A DNA stretch of 64,000 nucleotides from Ascidiella aspersa. Its lineage: Eukaryota. Position 1 is the first letter of the stretch, and every line of letters starts with the position of its first letter. The notes under the pieces are model-generated. The model ran no database searches, had not been told where the DNA came from, and saw only the letters and a program-made list of their open reading frames with translations. The DNA lies in contig OZ004614.1 of assembly GCA_963924565.1 (NCBI GenBank), positions 12,028,001 to 12,092,000 on the forward strand. Direction: 5' to 3'. Of the stretch, positions 11,331-23,900 are shown piece by piece. A program made the position numbers and the translations under genes.

Positions 11331-13794
11331 ATTTGAAGCGGAACGTGTTCGGTGAAATACGATATTCTACCTGGGCCACATTAACAAGGTTGGCCAGCCA
11401 AGTGCTCTGAAAAACTACTTTGAAAAACAATGAAACGGAGTTTAAAAATAACTTCCATGTTATTTTTTTTTTATTCGGCATTAAAAAAAATAAATAATTG
11501 AAACCAAAAAGTAAAGTCATTTTTTATTTGTCTAGGCTTTTTTTTAAATTGCCTCAGTTAAACATTTGGTGATCTTTCCAATCTCAAGCAGCGTTTGCTT
11601 CGCGGCTTTCTATGTTTGCACTTCTAGAATCTGTGTACAGTCATTGGCCTTGCACAAGTTAAAGTTTTTGCAGCGCATTGCCGACCAGAGTATTGCTACG
11701 CTGTCTGGCTTCTGTGAAACCTGTATACTTCATTTGCCTTGCAGCCATAGATTGCGTACAGTCTGTTTCAAAACACTCAAAATCAAATCACAAAAGCGAT
11801 GTTCTCTGCCACAGGTGAAATGGCAGGTGTGTAGTTCATTGTTTGTTTTAAAATCGCGCAATTATTAACAAAATAAGGGGAATTTAAGGCGGGTACAACC
11901 TAAATATTGCAAAGAGGGTAAACCAATGTTACGTTCAATTGCCAAATGTGTACGTTAAAAGTAATTTAACAATTATTTTAAACAAACTTAACCTTGAGAC
12001 CACTATATAACGTTTCCGACCTTTAAAACAAAACAAAACTGCCAATATATTATTATCCATACGCTCGAAACTCATACAATATATCAACCCAAGGTTGCGC
12101 AGCACTATAGTTTCTACATATTCCAAATAATACGCAACCAAAAAAGGCGTTTCTTTACCTTCAGAAGTGGCGTCGTTCCAATCGTGAGTATCCACACCTT
12201 CCAGATTTATCTGCGTGAAACAATAAAAACTTATCAGTTTTTCCTTGGGCCTCAAAACCAAAGCCTCAATTGAGCGTCTTGGCTTGTCTTTGAAAACAAA
12301 ATAAAAAACACGATTCTATTAGCCGCTCGGTAATCTTAAGAGCGTTTGAAGGGCAAAAGGTCGTATGGCAAGGAAAAACATCTTTTTGAGATAAATCGCT
12401 TCATTATAGGTGATTAATTAAGGAGATTGAAAAACGAGCCATTAATAGCTTGGTTTGACCGCAGGGCAAAGCATAAAAAGGACATGAACAAAATTTTAGT
12501 ATTTTAATGGTGAAGATTATCTTCGTTAAACTGTTTAAAAATATTTTAGGTATGTTTTGATAAAGTAAATGTCGTTTCGCTGATGTATTGCTTTTTAAGG
12601 CCTATCCAAGTTTGGCGAGAAGTAAAAGATAGTTCTATTCTGTTCGGCGCAAGTTATGTTTGACGTTATGTGCCGAAGCGAATAATCTCCTTTAAAATTT
12701 CATTATTGCTGAATAAGGTTTTTCGGTCCAACGCACATCTTTCCTGACCGCAAAACTTTGAAAGTCTGCTAATTTGCAGTTCAGCAGACATTTCAAAAGT
12801 AAAACGTTTCCCAACCAGTTTTTTGTCGGTTTAAAAGACGGTTAAGAAACAAAGACAACTTTGAATTCAAATAACCAGAATGACGACATAAACCAGCGAT
12901 AAAAAAACACATTTTTTATTTTCGAAGCAACACAAACCTTGTTTTGAGAATAGTGCGATATAAATACCATATAAACAAAAATCACACACAGCAACAACGA
13001 TGCTCTTCTTTGGCAGAAAAGTTTAAGCGAAAGGTTAAATGTACTTCAAGCAGGATTCCTATACCGCAGTCCACCCGGTTCTGCGTGATCTGTCGCAATG
13101 ATGCGACTAAGCCTGGTTGCCAGCCTTAAAAACCGCTTGCGCAAACTTGCCGCTCATTAACCTTGGCAGTTGGTGAATAAGTAACAGAATATGACGTCAC
13201 AATAATCATTAGGTAACGTCACTAGTTGGATTAGTTTGCGCACAAAAAGCGAACTTTTACAAAGGTGCTTGGTTAAACTTCAGTTAAAAAACTGATTTTT
13301 AAAGAGTTGAATATGTCATGGTACTTTTCAAAACGCGAAAACGAAGACCACTGTTGCGATTAAGATAATCATGTAGATTTAGCATCCCCGTCGACAAATA
13401 TAAAACAGGGGCCGTTTCGCGTGGTTTTGAAATCTTTAACATATTTCACCTCTTTAGTTCCATTTTTCAATTAAATGCAATACCTTATTGCGAAGTTTTA
13501 TTCTTGAGAAATATTACATATTTTTACTGAATTACAATTTACGCTGATTTCACACAGCTATAATTTAAAATGGTACATTCGGACTAACGCACGCTTGAAA
13601 ATAAATAAAGCGATGCATGTTTCGCACGAATGTATTTTGCGATATGTACTTTACAATCACTTGCTGCGATCATGTCTTCACTTCCTGTAGACTTTGCTGT
13701 TAACATCTTGTCGCCAAAAGGACAAACGTAATTTTGACATTGATTTTTACCTTGCACAAATGTGATTTCGCACCCAACGCTTAAACCTATAAAG

Positions 13795-14069
13795 CAGTGT
13801 TTCGCAACCTACCCAAATACTAAGCGTAAGTATACGAGCGCCAAAACGTCAGCAAAACGTAAGACAATAAAAATAGTCACAACAATAGCATAAATAAATT
13901 AGAATTAAATTAATATGGACAAGGTTTTCCGCATTTTTTCAATTATAGAGAAATCTCGCCCTGAACCAATATCAAAAAATCTAACCATGTAAACTATTTT
14001 AGCCGGTGACCCAACCAAATCAAACGACGACCAAAGTTGGGGTCGCGGCTCATGGATTGAGAAACACTG
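13795..14069. mobile_element. hAT MITE
   Basis: CAGTGTTTC termini; perfect TSD CTATAAAG; right end closely matches 22300-22367. Confidence 0.88.
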
Positions 14070-14475
14070 CTATAAAGTTTTTGAACTGAGTCATGACACA
14101 CAAAAAAAATATAAATCCAATATAATATAATAAAGCTCTTTACCATATATTTTTGTTTGAAATGATCTTTATGTAAAAGGTGTTTATAAGGGAACACACA
14201 ATAAGACCTAAAAAGCAACAATAAAGCAGAAAAATGTATAAAACCAAAGTATTAGGAACAACGACATAATACAGCCAAATACGCAGTAATATCCAGTATA
14301 GCATAAATCAAAATCGTCTGAATAAGACCTAAATCTGTCGTACTAAAAACTAAAACCTATGGGTTTGAGGGTTTGGGTTTGAGGGTCTGAACCTATGGGT
14401 TGAGGGTTTGGGACGACGGGCGCCATCGCTCTGGCATCGGCCGTTATGGTGACTACGTTTGGACGCCGTATAGTC

Positions 14476-14545
14476 CAGGGGTCGGCAACCCCTGGATCGT
14501 GTGCCACTTGTGGCACGCGAGATGATTTTTTAGGGCACGCCAAAT
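14476..14545. mobile_element. Left end of a hAT MITE (extent unknown)
   Basis: CAGGGGTCGGCAACC followed by GTGCCAC/GGCACGC subterminal motifs; no matching right end with TSD found. Confidence 0.5.
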
Positions 14546-17426
14546 GATTTAGCACACACGAACAATGTGCAACCATTACACCACAACTACATCATTAGCA
14601 TTATTAATACATCACTAATTTCGATTTGCAGTGTTCGTGTCACAAATTAGTGTCTTAACTGTTGTATCTAACATTATTTTTTGTGAGCGTTTAACTTGTT
14701 GTTTACAACTAACCGTTCGTATACATCACAATGCCTAAAACGTGGCGTGATGTTTACTGAGTTAAAGCCACTGACCTCTTTTCATAAAAGCGTTAAGCTA
14801 AAAGAGTAACTGATAGTTAACATTAGGTATCGGCTGAAAAGCGTCAAAGTATACTCCAAAATAGCGGGCAGCACAGTATTGTGTTCGTGACAGTTCAGTT
14901 CTTTTTTTTCCAGCAGGGTTTGTGTATATTACAGAATTTGGCGCTTGTCTACAATCCTACCATATTTATTTTACCACTAACGAAACGAGATTTGTTAGGG
15001 TAAATCCATTTTATGGCTTGCCACCGGACAATGTGACTCATTAATAGTATTGTAAAGTCCTAAGTAAATAAGTGCACTACAATGCCAAATCCTTTATAAC
15101 AACTATAAACGTTTTTTAGGAGACTGGTCACATAAGGACCAGGACGTAAAACCAACAAAACGTTCACAACAACATACCACATTAAAAAAATAACAAAAAA
15201 ACAAGGCAAACGTGCATGACCAATTGACCAACTGCCAACACGACCGTTAGTCCTTCAAATTCATTTATTTAAATTTTAAAACACCAAAAGAGCAGTTTCA
15301 TAGACAAAAATACCGATCAGGTATATGTTTCGATTCGCGGTTATAAATTTGCCCAACAAAATTTCACACTTGACGCATTGTTGCATTGTTTAATGACCAG
15401 AAATTTAAGTTGCATTTTTATTGATACTTTCTCGTTACGCGATTTACCTGTTCATCCAGTTGGTCCATTTCGGGCCTTGATTTGTGCTTAAAGCTTAAAA
15501 AATGTTTCACTTTTTTCCTATAATGAATTTATTTTCTTGCTATAATGAATGTAATAAAACAATTAAAATGTATCCTAACTGAGAGTCTTACTAATAAGGT
15601 CAAACTTTCCAGATGTTTGCTTTTTATAAACTACGCCTCGACCTTCTTTCTTATTTCATACATTTATCATTTGACCTCAAATTCACCACAAAGGCCATAG
15701 ACATAATTCACGGAAGAGGCAAGTCAACAAAGCTAAATTCCATTTGAAGCTGCTGTATCTGGTTTCAGCGCATCTTCATAAAGAAGCCCTCACACAACAC
15801 CTAAAAAAAAGGTTTTTTTTTCTCCCGCAAGTCAGGCTTTGAGAACCACTGCTTTTGGGTCCTATTTCAAAAATCGAAATCGCTTCCAGACGTGATCGGC
15901 ATGCGCAGTTGCGCATTCTCTTGTTGTTTGGTCCCGTCAACAATAAAGGTTAATACTTGTCGTTCAAACAAACCTCTGTTTGCAAACAAGTAAAAAGTAT
16001 TTTGGTTTTACTTCCTGACGTCGATGTTTACCTTATTAAGCGTCGACTTTTTTTTTATTAATTATTAAAAGACAAACCCATGGCTGTGACCATCTTTTCC
16101 GCAAACACAAGGACTGTTTAAAAAAGGGCATTGGCCTGTGGTTTTATTTTCAATGATTCACCAACGAGCAATAAAATTTAGCAAATTTAATCTAACGAAC
16201 TACGCTATAAATATCGACGAATAACAGGTAATAAACTGGTCTGGAATGGAATAAATAAACCCGGTAAAAAGTCCACACATTTCGGTCTGGCAAAAGTCAG
16301 GTGGCCGCCTACGTAAACTAGCCGCCATAACAACGCCCAACAAAATTCCAATTCGTTTGATTTGCCATTACCTTGCGACGACAACACACGCACACAAATC
16401 CCTAACAGAGCAATACGCCATTGATTGCATCGCAAAACGCACGTGTCTAGAATACCTTGAAAAACGCAGTCTGTGAGGGTCGTAAACCGGGGGCGACACC
16501 GGGACGACATGTGTTACCTCAGGGCAAACAAGTCAGCATTTTGGCTGTTTTTTTCAGTTCCAGACCAACGGATTGTCAACACATAACGAGGCTTTAACAA
16601 CGCTCTTTAAAAGTGACCTATTTCGAGGAGAGATGTGTACTGGGTCAAATACGAACAGTCGAAAGCGGAAGGAAATCATTTCACCCTAACATTGTTACGC
16701 TGTCAATCGTGCAAAGAAAAGTCTCAAATAATTACAAACGTTTAAATTTTCGCGAAAAAGCTACACAGATGGGAATCGAAAAAAGTGTAATAATCCTTCG
16801 CCAAACCCGTGTTAAAATTTTCCAAGTAAATCATTATCGGCTTTTGTAAGATGTGAAAAAAATAGTTTTTGTATAGATTAGCAAAATTTGAAGAGGGACA
16901 AGCATATTATTAGGCTGGCAGAACAACCCGTTATATTCTTTGGAAAAGGTACGATAAATCTGATCTACAACATGATCTAACCAGCCTTCAATAATATCAG
17001 CTATAGCTTTAGTGCCTTTAGCTGCGTAACAATGTCCTAAAGCAGCAAACAGGATCTAACGGGCAACAGTTTTTCAAGGATTGTTTAAATAAAACCAAAA
17101 TCTTCTTAAACAACAAACAGTGCTAATAACGGCAAGCAAAACGTATCATTTTACACCACTGCAGACACACTGAGCCCTTCCATTTGCGTTCAGGTCCCTA
17201 TTATAGCGCAAAATATTTGGCTTACAACACTTTCCTAAATCCCCCTCAGACGTAATTTCTATAGTAGCGTAATGTTAGCATAGTTGCCTTACGGCGGCTT
17301 TCCAGCTTATATCAAGTTTTAGGGCAAAAAAAGTTGGCGTAATTCTTTGGAAGCCAAATGTTATGCAATACAGATGGGGCTTAAATCGCGTCGCTTGATA
17401 TACTTTCCCTAAAGCACCCACTATAG

Positions 17427-17886
17427 CAGGGGTTCCCAACCTTTTTACGATCTCGTACCACTTGGACGCTTTGTACTGCCACGCGTACCACTTCTTGCAG
17501 AACAATTAATTTGCTCGAATCAGATTTTTATGTATTTTTAGCTTACAACTGGCATTGTTCAACGCTATTTGTAGATTAAGCTATAAAACAGTAGATGCTA
17601 TTTATCAAGTGCAATCATTTGACATAATTAACGCCCACTGTCCCACAGCGTTGTACGGCTTTGCAAAGCAACTATATGCTCCAGGAAACAAAGGTAGGAA
17701 ACAACAGGGATAGTTCCGTAACAATGAATTGGCTTCAGATTTTCTTTGTAAACAAAACCAAATACACAAAATATAAAGTTGTAAATCCAGGTTTTGGTGA
17801 GTGACAAAAGGTAAGCTACTCGCGTACCACCTGAACAACCTTGGCGTACCACTAGTGGTACGCGTACCACAGGTTGGAAACCCCTG
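17427..17886. mobile_element. hAT MITE
   Basis: 15/16 TIR CAGGGGTTCCCAACCT; perfect TSD CACTATAG; GTACCA subterminal repeats. Confidence 0.92.
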
Positions 17887-20138
17887 CACTATAGCAATGA
17901 TAACATAAATATCATCGATGCAGATGCAAATCATTCTCGTATAATTTACGTAACGCGGTTAACATGTTGTGAAATATGAACCATTATAGCAATTCGTAAC
18001 ATTAAAGACATCGCCATTTGGCGGTTTAACTGCGATCCTGTTTTTTATTAACTATAAAAAACATCGACTATCTAAATATAGGGCCTTCAACGAGCCACCC
18101 CAGCGGACAGTAACTGTATTTTTTTACTTCTATATATCTGAAAATCAAACAAAGGATTGCAAAAACAAATTGATGTACAGTAAATATATATATTTTTAGG
18201 ACTCACCTCATTATAATAAAACATATATCACTTTGCATTACTATCAAATCCTTTTCCATTCGGGCATGAATTATGACTCCATCTTGCGTTTTCGATGTTT
18301 GTTCCTTCGGGTAAATAACAGTAAGTTTAAACAGCAAGAAAAAAATCTCTTATGGCTGACATTGGCTTTCCCTAAATACTTTACGGTCTTAACCAGAGGC
18401 CATTTATAGGAACGAGTCGGCGGGTTAGCATAATATGGTTTGTTACGTCTCTTTTTGCGCGACCAAAACAGCTCATTATAACGTGACGATGATTAGACCG
18501 GGCATGTGACAAAGCTAAGGCGATAGCCAGGGGGTATACTTGAGTGTATTGCTAAATACAGAATTTTAAGAAACGCCTAATGAAATGTTGACTTTTAGCG
18601 TTCAGTTCAAACTGTGACGAGGTTCCGCCCTAGCCTTCAGCAAACTGGAGTTCCAACAAAAAAGATCGTTCGACGCGTTTTTGTCTCGAAGTAAAAGCGC
18701 ATTTAGTGTTGTACCGACGTCGCTCTATTTCCCCGTTCTGTGATGGGGGGAGTGCAACAGTTGGGCTACTACTTATCCTTTCTATATCTCGAATTAAACA
18801 TATAGATAGACACAGGGGCGGGTCTAGGGTGGTCAGAGAGACATGTCACCCAAACTATAGGCTATATTTTGATGATTCAATGAGCTAAAGGCTCAGTGCT
18901 TTTGCATAATTTCAAGCAAAGTTGCACGATTGCTGTAAACAAGTCATTTAAAATGTCTTGTCCCGGTCAAAGTTATTTTTAACAAAATAGAAGTCAAGTC
19001 GCAGTAGGTACAAATCAAGTCGACCAAGTTAAATCCCAGTAGAAATAATTACAGCAAGTGCACTCCAAGTCAAGTAATTAATATAAAAACAAAACGAAAC
19101 TTGTCCGATAATAAGAAAACTGTACTAAAATAATAAAGACCCAACATACAGCAAGCTAATTGTTTAAGTGCAAAACGTTATATGAATAGCCCAATTAAAT
19201 AAAAGTTTAATTAAATCACTAAATTTCAAGTCACACCATTTGACTGAATGGCTTTAAGTCCAAGTCAAGTCATATAACCAAATACCATTTAAATTGTGCT
19301 CGGCTTGGAGGGCGAAGAAGGGAAAAACGGAAAAGTTAGTTAGATAATAGAAAATTCTTTGTTTCATTATTCCTGAATGTGGACATTACCACGTTTCATT
19401 GAGTCTGCCTGGAGCAGTATTATTCATTTTTGGCGCTTCTATTTAAAACGGTTTTGTAATATTTCAAAAGCCCTACTTTTCTCAAAACTTAGGAGTTTGA
19501 AAAAAAACGGTTTTATATTATGATGATAAAAATGATGAAACAATAAAATTATCTACGATTAATCAATTCCACTATGTGCTGACGTATATTATCAAGATGC
19601 TACATAAAAATGCTACATTATACTGCAAACCACGTCTATAATGGATATGTTAGGGATTCTAGTATCAGTATACCGCTTGGAAATTTAACATTCCTGATCC
19701 GATGATATATTCCGATATTTACTCACTACGCTTGAGCAGTCAACTGTCGAAACGGGAAAACAGAATTGTCTAAATCAAAACTGGTTTTGCACACATTCGG
19801 TTTATTACACAGTGTCACCATGACAACGCATACGCCACACCGAACAGTGTCTAAAGTAGGAGAAAAGAAAATCGCACAAAAAGCGAAACCTCGCACCGCG
19901 AAAAAGAGAAAAAAGCAGCGGTCCCAAGCGTGTCGCACAAAGAAGAGTAAAAAAAAAACAGCTAAAAGTTTAGGCCAGATGTTAATCAAAGAACGAGTAG
20001 AGATTACGTAAAATCGAATAATAAAAGCGGGGCAGTTGTGGCGCGCGCGAAACAAAAGACTGGAAAGCACTTAATCAGAATAAAAAAACTGGCGTAAACT
20101 ACGACAGCAAAAAAAAAAAACAGTGAAGGACAGCAAGG

Positions 20139-20174
20139 AAAAATGCACACAACGGAAAACATAAATATTTTATT
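20139..20174 (-). terminator. Candidate NAV polyadenylation signal
   Basis: Minus-strand AATAAA at 20174-20169 followed by a GU/U-rich tract (GTTTTCCGTTGTGTGCATTTTT), about 580 nt after the stop codon. Confidence 0.5.
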
Positions 20175-20750
20175 ATCTGCACAAAATTAAGATGCTTTCG
20201 CGACGGTGACGTGGCAGCTATGGCGGACGCGTGACGTCATCATTGGGTAAAGCTGGTGGCGTTATTGCGAGTACGTCAAAGCGGATGAACAAAATAAATT
20301 AAAAAATCGTTGGGTAATTCGCACAAACATGGAATAGGTTGAAGAAAGTTATATGGTTCAGCTTTTAATCGGGTAAACGGACGTTTTTACCAATTAATAA
20401 AACGTTGCCATGACCCACAATTTGGCACCACACTAAAGGGTGTGAAACTGCCGTTTAAACAACGAGGCAACAAAAAATCCAACACAATAGCGAAAGGAAT
20501 GAAACAAACACCAATTCCAACAAAGGCCCATAGGTAACATTTCAAACAAAGCTTTCATCAGTTTAATATAATGCCTATACCTACTCATTTTTGTTTCTTT
20601 ACTACTCTACGCTTAACTTGACTGCAAACTCTTAACATCGTGCCAGGCGGGATTTTTCCTTTATCTCTTTCCTTCAAAGCCTTCTTCGCGATCTTTTAAA
20701 AGAAATCAACTCAAGTTTTGCCTAAAAACCCGGGTCAAGAGTTCACGGGG

Positions 20751-20988
20751 TCACGAAAGGTCACCCAGGGCGCGATCGAGTGACCTCTCGAACGCGTCAT
20801 CGTGACTCGTGTCGCTCTCGTAGTTGGTCGCCGCCGCCTCCTGCAGCTTCATAAGCATGTTAAGGAGGGGATCTCCCCTCGACTGGGGCTGATTGGGGGC
20901 ACCGTGTGGGGTCGAAGTACCCTCGGGGTCGTGGGCCACGTCCTCGGCGCGAATAGGGGTCAGATCGCAGGGGGCGACCCAGGGCCAA
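20751..20988 (-). CDS. NAV2: NAV exon 43, terminal coding exon
   Basis: WPW...IRAEDV...GDPLLNMLMKLQEAA...TGA. Confidence 0.95.
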
Positions 20989-23900
20989 CTGCGAAGCGAA
21001 GAAACGTGTTTTAGTATGATTGAACACAATTCAACACATTTGTCGTAAAATTTGTTCTGGATATTCAGAAATCTGCAGTAAAATTTTCACTCAAAAAGTT
21101 TTATATCTTACTTATGTTAGAAAAGTTTATCTCAAAATACAAAAAAATATGTTAAACACAGAATCAAGCACACAAGAGATAGACATTTTATTAAAAAGCG
21201 AGAAGTTTTGTGATCCTGTCAAACTAATGCGTTTAAGCTTAAGCTTCACCCTTTGTTGAGTTTTAAACTGAAGAGATAAATTTGTTACGACCGAGTCAAA
21301 ACTTTAAATTGTTATTTTCAAGTCGAAAAAACAAGTGGTAATCTAGTACAGTGTTTCTCGGCCTTTTATAGCCAGCGGCACCCCTCAGGAATAATAAATA
21401 GATTGCGGCACCCCTACAAGATTTGTCCTTAGGTAATTCACTAGAATGTCACAATAAACAGAACTGGGTCAACACACATCAACTCACACAACGTAGGAAG
21501 TTATAATTGGATTCATTGCACTCTGATGTTCCACAAGAAGTTGTAGGAGTTGGACAAAAATCAGATTCTGAAAGATCTGAAATATCTCTCGGCACCCTTG
21601 AGTATTATAAATGGCACCCCGGCCGAGAACCACTGACCTAGTGGCTAACAGTATTTTCTGAAACAACAGAACAACTTACCTTTCTTTGATCCAGTTTAGG
21701 GGATCCACCCACTCCCCAGCGGTCGATTTCCGGCTCTGCTTGACGGCGGAAATGACGTAAGGCACGATGCTGAAGTTCCAAAGGTCACGGAACCAGATCA
21801 GGGAGCTGTGGGGCTCCATCGGGCACGGGGTGAACATTCGGGGGCCTTGATAAAAATTCCGTTAATTAGAACTTTGAAACACAGACGTGTTTCTTTCAGA
21901 AACTTATTACACACTTTAAAAGATTTTTGATGATTTTTTACGGAAATAAAATACGAGGATCACAGTTATAGATAAAGCTTTAGCGTAATTGAAAAACATG
22001 AGGCAGCAAGTTTTACTGAATAACAGGCAGGGTGAAATTAAAAAATGAAACTGTACAATTTCGTTCCATATTTTAGCAACATTTTCAACTTTTTAGATAT
22101 TTTGAAATCTTGGCGACCCTATAGTCTTCTCTTAGCTTTTGTTAGCGAAACTTTGAAAACATAGGAAATCACAACGTATTAGTTCCGATTTAATTATATG
22201 CGCAATGTATTAGTGTTACTGCTGCAATTTTCTCAAGTATTTTATAAATATTGATTATAGAGCCAATCTTAATAAATCTAACCATATAAATGTACTACAT
22301 TCGGCGACCCAACCAAATCTAATGGCGACCCAATTTTGGGTCGCGACTCATGGTTTGAGAAACACTGCGCTAACGGGTGGTCCAACTCACCGATTGTGAC
22401 GTCAGCGGAGTTTTGCGACTCGATGCAGCCGTTAATCTGCTTCCAACACGTGGGCAGCCAACTGACCAATCGCAGCATCGTATCCTCGGCCTCACACTTG
22501 CTTTTCGTCTCCCACACGTGGAGAGATTTCCTTTCGAAAAAATTGAATGGTTAATGGTTATACGTCGATTGGTGGCGCAAGGCGCATTTACACATCAGCT
22601 CACTTTCTTTTTTTTATACCTTTATTTAGAGTAGGCTTACCCTCGTTTTACCGTTCATTTAGGATACTGGTATTAATCTTTTCACTATTTATATAAAAAC
22701 AGTAAATAAGCAACAATCAATTTTACATTAAATGTCTGCTTGGGGTTTAGCGTCTAAGCGACCAAGGGCCTTGCATGAAAACCAATTGTCAAAAAAGAAT
22801 TAAAAAAAATTGGTGCGACAAAAGTTTTACTCACACACTACTGTAATTCTTAACAGCAGCGCGAAAACATTATTGGATTAAATTACCGTAACAGTTACTT
22901 AACATATTTTTCACCAAGTGTCACATATAAAACCTTGCTCGACTATTTTTACGTCTGGTGAAAAATAATGTTCAACTCGTGCGATTTGCCACAAACATAT
23001 GGCCTGGTAATTTGGATATGGGTTTACCTTAGGTGTCGCTGGAGGTACTCGGATACCGGGGGTACGTGGTTCGAACACAGGATCCAGCGAAACTCCTGGT
23101 GCAACTCCAGGTTGGGGCCCTGGTTCTGCTGGACAACGCCTGGGGTAATAAAAAAAAAACGGCTCCAAACTACATTTTTATGGAACCTAAAAAAACATAT
23201 CGTCTGTCCATTAAGTATTTTTACTTTACTTTTAATATTTCTTTCACCACTATTTGTCTTACTTTACTTTTGATTTTCTTATTTTGCGTGAACACTGTTG
23301 AGGAATATAAAATAAAAACTTAATTAAAGTTAAATATAAAAAAAAAAAATATTTGTGATCCAGTAAAATAGGAAAAAACGCGGTATTTTTTAACTATTGT
23401 CAAAAACCAAAACAATTGAAAAAATTAATATCTAATATAACAAATATGCCTTCACAATACTGGGGCAATATTAGAATGTCTTGAGTACAACTACTATACT
23501 TTAAAAAAAAAACACTTATCCACTTCCTAAACCAAAGGTACCGCACTCTAAACCTAATTCTTTACTGTTTTAACGCCTCAATGCAAGCAGTTTCAAAGAG
23601 GAGATATAATAGTAATCGATTGTCGATTTACCGATTAGGTATGGCAGCTGGGAATGGGCGGCGGCTGTGAGCAGAGTGTGGAAGGCGTCACCTAGCGACG
23701 AGGAGCGCTGAAGGTCGTCCAGGACGAGGACGACGGGGATTTCCCGGGCGCAACTCTCTGGCTTGCTGCAGTCCTCGGTCAGGCGGAGAAGGTACTCCCG
23801 GATTTCCTGGAAAAATTAAAATTTGTTTGTGTCAAGATTAAAAGTTTATCGATTGTGTGGCAATACAGCCGTTTGCCAAATTAAAAAATTAAAAATCTGT

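Noticed and set aside
10700-20150. NAV and OTOP as an operon, or a hidden gene between them
   Set aside because: About 9.5 kb separates them, NAV has its own poly(A) signal, and no exon chain was found in the interval.
20706-20753. Stop-codon readthrough of NAV (TGA-C context)
   Set aside because: Not the TGA-CTAG motif, and the extension is only about 14 codons; cannot be supported without conservation data.
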